This document shows positions 59,695 to 64,000 of a DNA stretch of 64,000 nucleotides, piece after piece (within the stretch, counting starts at the first letter, position 1; each line of letters starts with the position of its first letter). A model generated the notes under the pieces. That model saw nothing but the letters and a program-made list of their open reading frames with translations, was not told where the DNA came from and did not search any database. The DNA comes from Octopus vulgaris. Its lineage: Eukaryota. Made by a program: the position numbers and the translations under genes. Where the stretch lies: positions 67,146,001-67,210,000 of the forward strand of contig OX597832.1 in the NCBI GenBank assembly GCA_951406725.2, given 5' to 3'.

Positions 59695-60246
59695 TAAAGA
59701 TTGTTTGCCAACATAACATGGCAGTCCTGGTTTAGGATGAATGTTGATGTAATTCAGCCCCAGGAGACATCGTCTCCAGCTGGATACACGACACGATCTT
59801 TGTCCTTATATTTTCGAACAAGGGAATCTAGCACCCCCACTCAGCTCAAAACAATATCTGTGTATCGCGATTTCCGGGTTATTTCCCCTCATCAGCACAG
59901 AATAATTGTTCGGTTAATTCCCGTTCGAAATATATAGTTTTCAAAGTGACTATAGTCACTTATCTATAAATTGGAAAATTACTATTTGTAAATCTCTCAA
60001 CAAGAGATATTCAGCAAAAGTACTTTGGAGTAAAGATTTTTTTGAGTGGAAGTTCTAGATTCCCTTGTTCGAAAATATAAGGACACAGATCGTGTCGTAT
60101 AGCGAGCTGGATACGATGTCTCCTGGGGCTAAATTAGAGCAACATCCGTCCTAAACAAGGACTGCCATGTTATGTTGGCAAATAATCTTTACTCCAAAGT
60201 ACTATTGCTGAATATCTCCCGCTGTGAGATTTAAATAGTAATTTTC
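59695..60246. mobile_element. Rearranged inverted-repeat element (Penelope pLTR-like) with a central hammerhead
   Basis: 59695-59831 is the inverse of 60055-60190; 59973-60038 is the inverse of ~60185-60246. Confidence 0.75.
59857..59901 (-). ncRNA. Type I hammerhead ribozyme motif
   Basis: Minus strand: tctgtg CTGATGA gggg aaataa cccg GAAA tcgcga TA cacaga; 6-bp stem I, palindromic stem III. Confidence 0.75.
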
Positions 60247-60856
60247 GTATTTATTTTCTATAGTTCTTCAAAGCAGCTCCCAAATCCTTAAATTGCAGAC
60301 TACTATCATGAAAGCTAAAATTCTATTACAGTGGTCTAAACGGTTTCAGATAATTATTTTTCAAAACTACAGCTGTTACAGAGTATTAAATATAACAATT
60401 AATAGAAACAGTAAAAGCAATAGACAAATTGGAGTTAATGGTAAAACGCGATGATCGATTTTATGAATATTACGTTATAGGATAGTTTCATTGTAATATT
60501 TTAAATGAGTAGATATTGATTGAACAATTTCATACAATAAATGTGAAGCAAATTTTTTGTAGCACATCTGTGTAATGAAAGGATCATAAGCAGTATTAAT
60601 AACAAAAGGTAATAGTTATCTCCCAGTAGAAGTGGATGTTGTTTTACAAGAGAAAATACTGCATTATTTTCCAAGAGACTGGTGGTAATAAAAGCATTAT
60701 CACTAGAAATCCAATCCTGCCATCCTAAAGGGCCAAATATCGCATGGTATACCCGAATTTCACTATATCATGGATTTCCTCGATCTGAATATTCAAATCT
60801 GGATGGTGAGTCAAATTCTCTGGTAATTTAAAATTCAGTTTCGCCATCTATCAGGA

Positions 60857-60903
60857 ATCCCAGACATCATTGTTTCGAGCTTTTTGACTCTTGTCAATGG
60901 GAT
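60857..60903 (-). ncRNA. Decayed hammerhead motif
   Basis: Minus strand: atccca TTGACAA gagt caaaaa gctc GAAA caatgatg TC tgggat; two substitutions from CTGACGA. Confidence 0.45.
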
Positions 60904-61381
60904 GAACCGAAGAGTGACAACTCTGAACAAACTTATTAAGCATTAGCTTTATGCAAAATACAGTCAACAACGTTTACTGATTTGCGCTGAATGATCAGGG
61001 AAAAAACGCAATATTAGCGCCAGGCAGTGTTTAAATATATCTGCATATAAATGAAAGAGATGGTAAATAGAATATACAGAGAACATTTTGCTCACTACGA
61101 ACATTTCGACACACTTGTTGTGGCTTAGTCTTCGGTACAAAATGATGCATTACCACCAGTTCTATAGTATACAACTCGCAAGATATCGATAGAGAATGGA
61201 TAGAAACGATTGTTGTGGGCAATAATATTTTTAGTATATTCCATTTTCCGCTTCGGTCATTTGGTAGATCATCAACGATCACTCAGAAGACGTCGGGTAT
61301 CCATAGACAGGGAACATGCCTCATCAAATAACTACTAGGGACATCCAAATATCCAATATCTAAATAATGACGTATATGACA

Positions 61382-61448
<67 letters not shown>

Positions 61449-61784
61449 TGTATGTATGTATGTATGTATGTATGTATGTATGTATGTATGTATAAGATAA
61501 GCGAAGACGAAGCTCGCTTGCATATCCATGGCCACTAGTATTTATATGCTTGGGTATACCGACGCTGATGAAGGCAAAAATGTAACGTTTTTTTATTACT
61601 TTAAGCCCGAAACACAATCATATACGCGCTTAACAAAACTTTTAATTCATTTTCTTTCTTCTACTAGCCTATTATGTAGCGTGCTTTTCTCGAAGAATTT
61701 ATGGTGGTAATTGTGTCTTTTGACGTCTATTTTTCAGTGCGTAGTGAGGCGCAAGCCAAGTCCCTGTTATACTAATATATCATT

Positions 61785-61895
<111 letters not shown>

Positions 61896-62607
61896 GAGAG
61901 AGAGAGAGACAAAGGCCTTACAGATCTACGAGCTGTAGGTGTGAAAATCTTCAAAGAAGAGTGAGTATTTTTTTATGAATGTATGTGTTTTGCATGAGTG
62001 TATATATGTGTGTGTGAGTGAGTGCATGTGTGTAGCTACACCCACGCGCGCACAATGTTTCTCCATATATCATTATATACATTATTGTTCACATAATAGT
62101 TAATGATAAATTTCTTCATTAGTAGAACTCAGGAAGAGTACAAGAACTTCAACTATCGTAATTTAGGAACGTTGTTATGGTTATTTTCTAAAATATAAAC
62201 CATTCATACTTTCTATATTTGGTGGTAATCCTAAGAATATGTTTCCAAAATTTGTTGAAAGCTTATAGAGGAAAACATAATATATAATTTCTATCGAAAT
62301 AATGTTTATTTTGGAATAATGGATTGTTGAAATCGTGTTCAACTTCCAAAAGATTGCATTGAAAGTGCTATGGTAGGAAATATCTCTGCATAATGAGAAA
62401 ATATATAAGCAATATTTGAAATGCATATCATATAAGTATCGCATATTTAAGTAGAGGGTAAAAGTATTATATTCCATACGTATATTTATTTTATATTTAT
62501 CGTACAAAATATATGTTACGAATGTGTATTGAATAAAATATGTATATTGTCACGTATGAATGTTTCATTGTAATGGTTTAGTTTATATTATGTCAGAACA
62601 TATTATT

Positions 62608-63200
62608 GGCGCAGGTCTGGTTGTGTGGTTAGAAGCTTGCTAGTAAAACACATGTTTCTGTGTTCAATTCGACAGCGTGACATCTTGCGCAAGTATCTTC
62701 TACTATAGCCTCATGCAGACCGAAACTTTCTCTGTGGATTTGGTAGACGGAAACTGAAAGGAGACCGGTTACGACGAGGGCCCTAGCTGATACGATCAAC
62801 GGAAGCGCTTGCGCTTGAAATTAAGGTGTAAATGGTTGAGTACTCCAGAGACACGTGTACCCTTAAAGTAATTCTCAGACTCATTCAGCGTAACACAGGG
62901 TGTGACAAGGCTGGATCCTTGAAATACAGGTACTACTCATTTTTGTCAGTTGAGTGAACTGGAGCAACGTGACAAAATGCGTCGCCGGGAATTGAACTCA
63001 CGATCTTACGATCGTGAGCCTAATACCCTAAACTCTGAGCCATGTTTATTTTCTCTCTACTTGTATTAGACATTTGACTGTAGCTATGCTGGAGAACTCC
63101 TTTGTACTTATTCTATCGATCGCTTCTACCTAACCACTAAGTTCTGTGTCATAAACACACCGTCACCTGTTGTCAGTCGGTGATTCACACAAAGACACAG
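62608..63200. mobile_element. Cluster of SINE fragments
   Basis: SINE head 62608-62765 (+); a different repeat at 62765-63045 ending in a reverse B-box-like gggaattgaactc; SINE 3' part at ~63050-63200 (-). Confidence 0.7.
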
Positions 63201-63619
63201 ATACACGCACGCATGCATACACACACACATACACGCACATACGCACACACAGACACACTGACACACACACACACGCACATCTATATATATAATTACTCAG
63301 TGCTTACTACTTGATCCAGTCCACGACAGAGAGACAGGGGATGTTCTTGAAGCCGAATACTTTAAAAATTACAGTGACAATATTCACATATCGCCTGAGA
63401 CGCAACTATATCTCATACTACAGGGAATGAGTTGCATACGCAAGTACCTTCACACCTGGAGAACTACGTTGCGTGGAAACAATTGTAATGATTAAAAAAT
63501 AAATGTTTAACCATACTCCCTCTTGTTAACTCCAATTTTCTCAGTTATATATTCACATACGATAGATGCCCAACCGCAAACTTGGGATTACGTATAATAC
63601 TACTACTGGATAGCACAGA

Positions 63620-63682
<63 letters not shown>

Positions 63683-63828
63683 ATAGATAGATAGATATAT
63701 AGATATGTACATATATAAGTATCTATTTATATGCATATATACATCCACATATATACAAAGATATACATATTTGTATCTATATGATATATATATATATATA
63801 TATATACATACATATATATACATAAATT

Positions 63829-63864
<36 letters not shown>

Positions 63865-64000
63865 CTATATTTAGATACATACATACATTCATATACACAA
63901 AGGTATACATACATGTAATACAAAATAAGAGCCGTTAAAACGTAAAGGCTTACGTAATATCCACGTACGTTTATTGTATCATTTTGTGATCATGCTTTCG

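Noticed and set aside
61561-61628. ctgatga-aggc...gccc-gaaa
   Set aside because: Stems I and III cannot be formed convincingly; at best a very decayed copy

Overview
Very AT-rich eukaryotic non-coding DNA. The SINE sequences and the dense (TA)n/(CA)n/(TAGA)n microsatellites point to an octopus (cephalopod) genome; this is inferred, not checked. I see no intact host protein-coding gene, and almost all listed ORFs are microsatellite translation artefacts. The window is a transposon graveyard: a 5'-truncated CR1-group LINE, four R4/Dong-type (RLE) LINE relics, two mariner relics and one Tc1 relic, a mariner-type MITE, a Helentron-like element and many tRNA-derived SINEs. The main result is a ~3.6 kb array of a 512-bp non-coding unit (27021-30590; five sense copies and about two inverted copies) embedded in (TA)n. 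Each unit carries a type I hammerhead ribozyme, so the array is a candidate retrozyme or Penelope-derived circular-RNA generator. At least six other unrelated hammerhead-like motifs occur elsewhere, mostly in inverted (fold-back) Penelope-like pseudo-LTR relics. The SINEs share their 3' stem-loop, with compensatory changes, with the CR1-group LINE. Coordinates were read by eye and may be off by a few bases.
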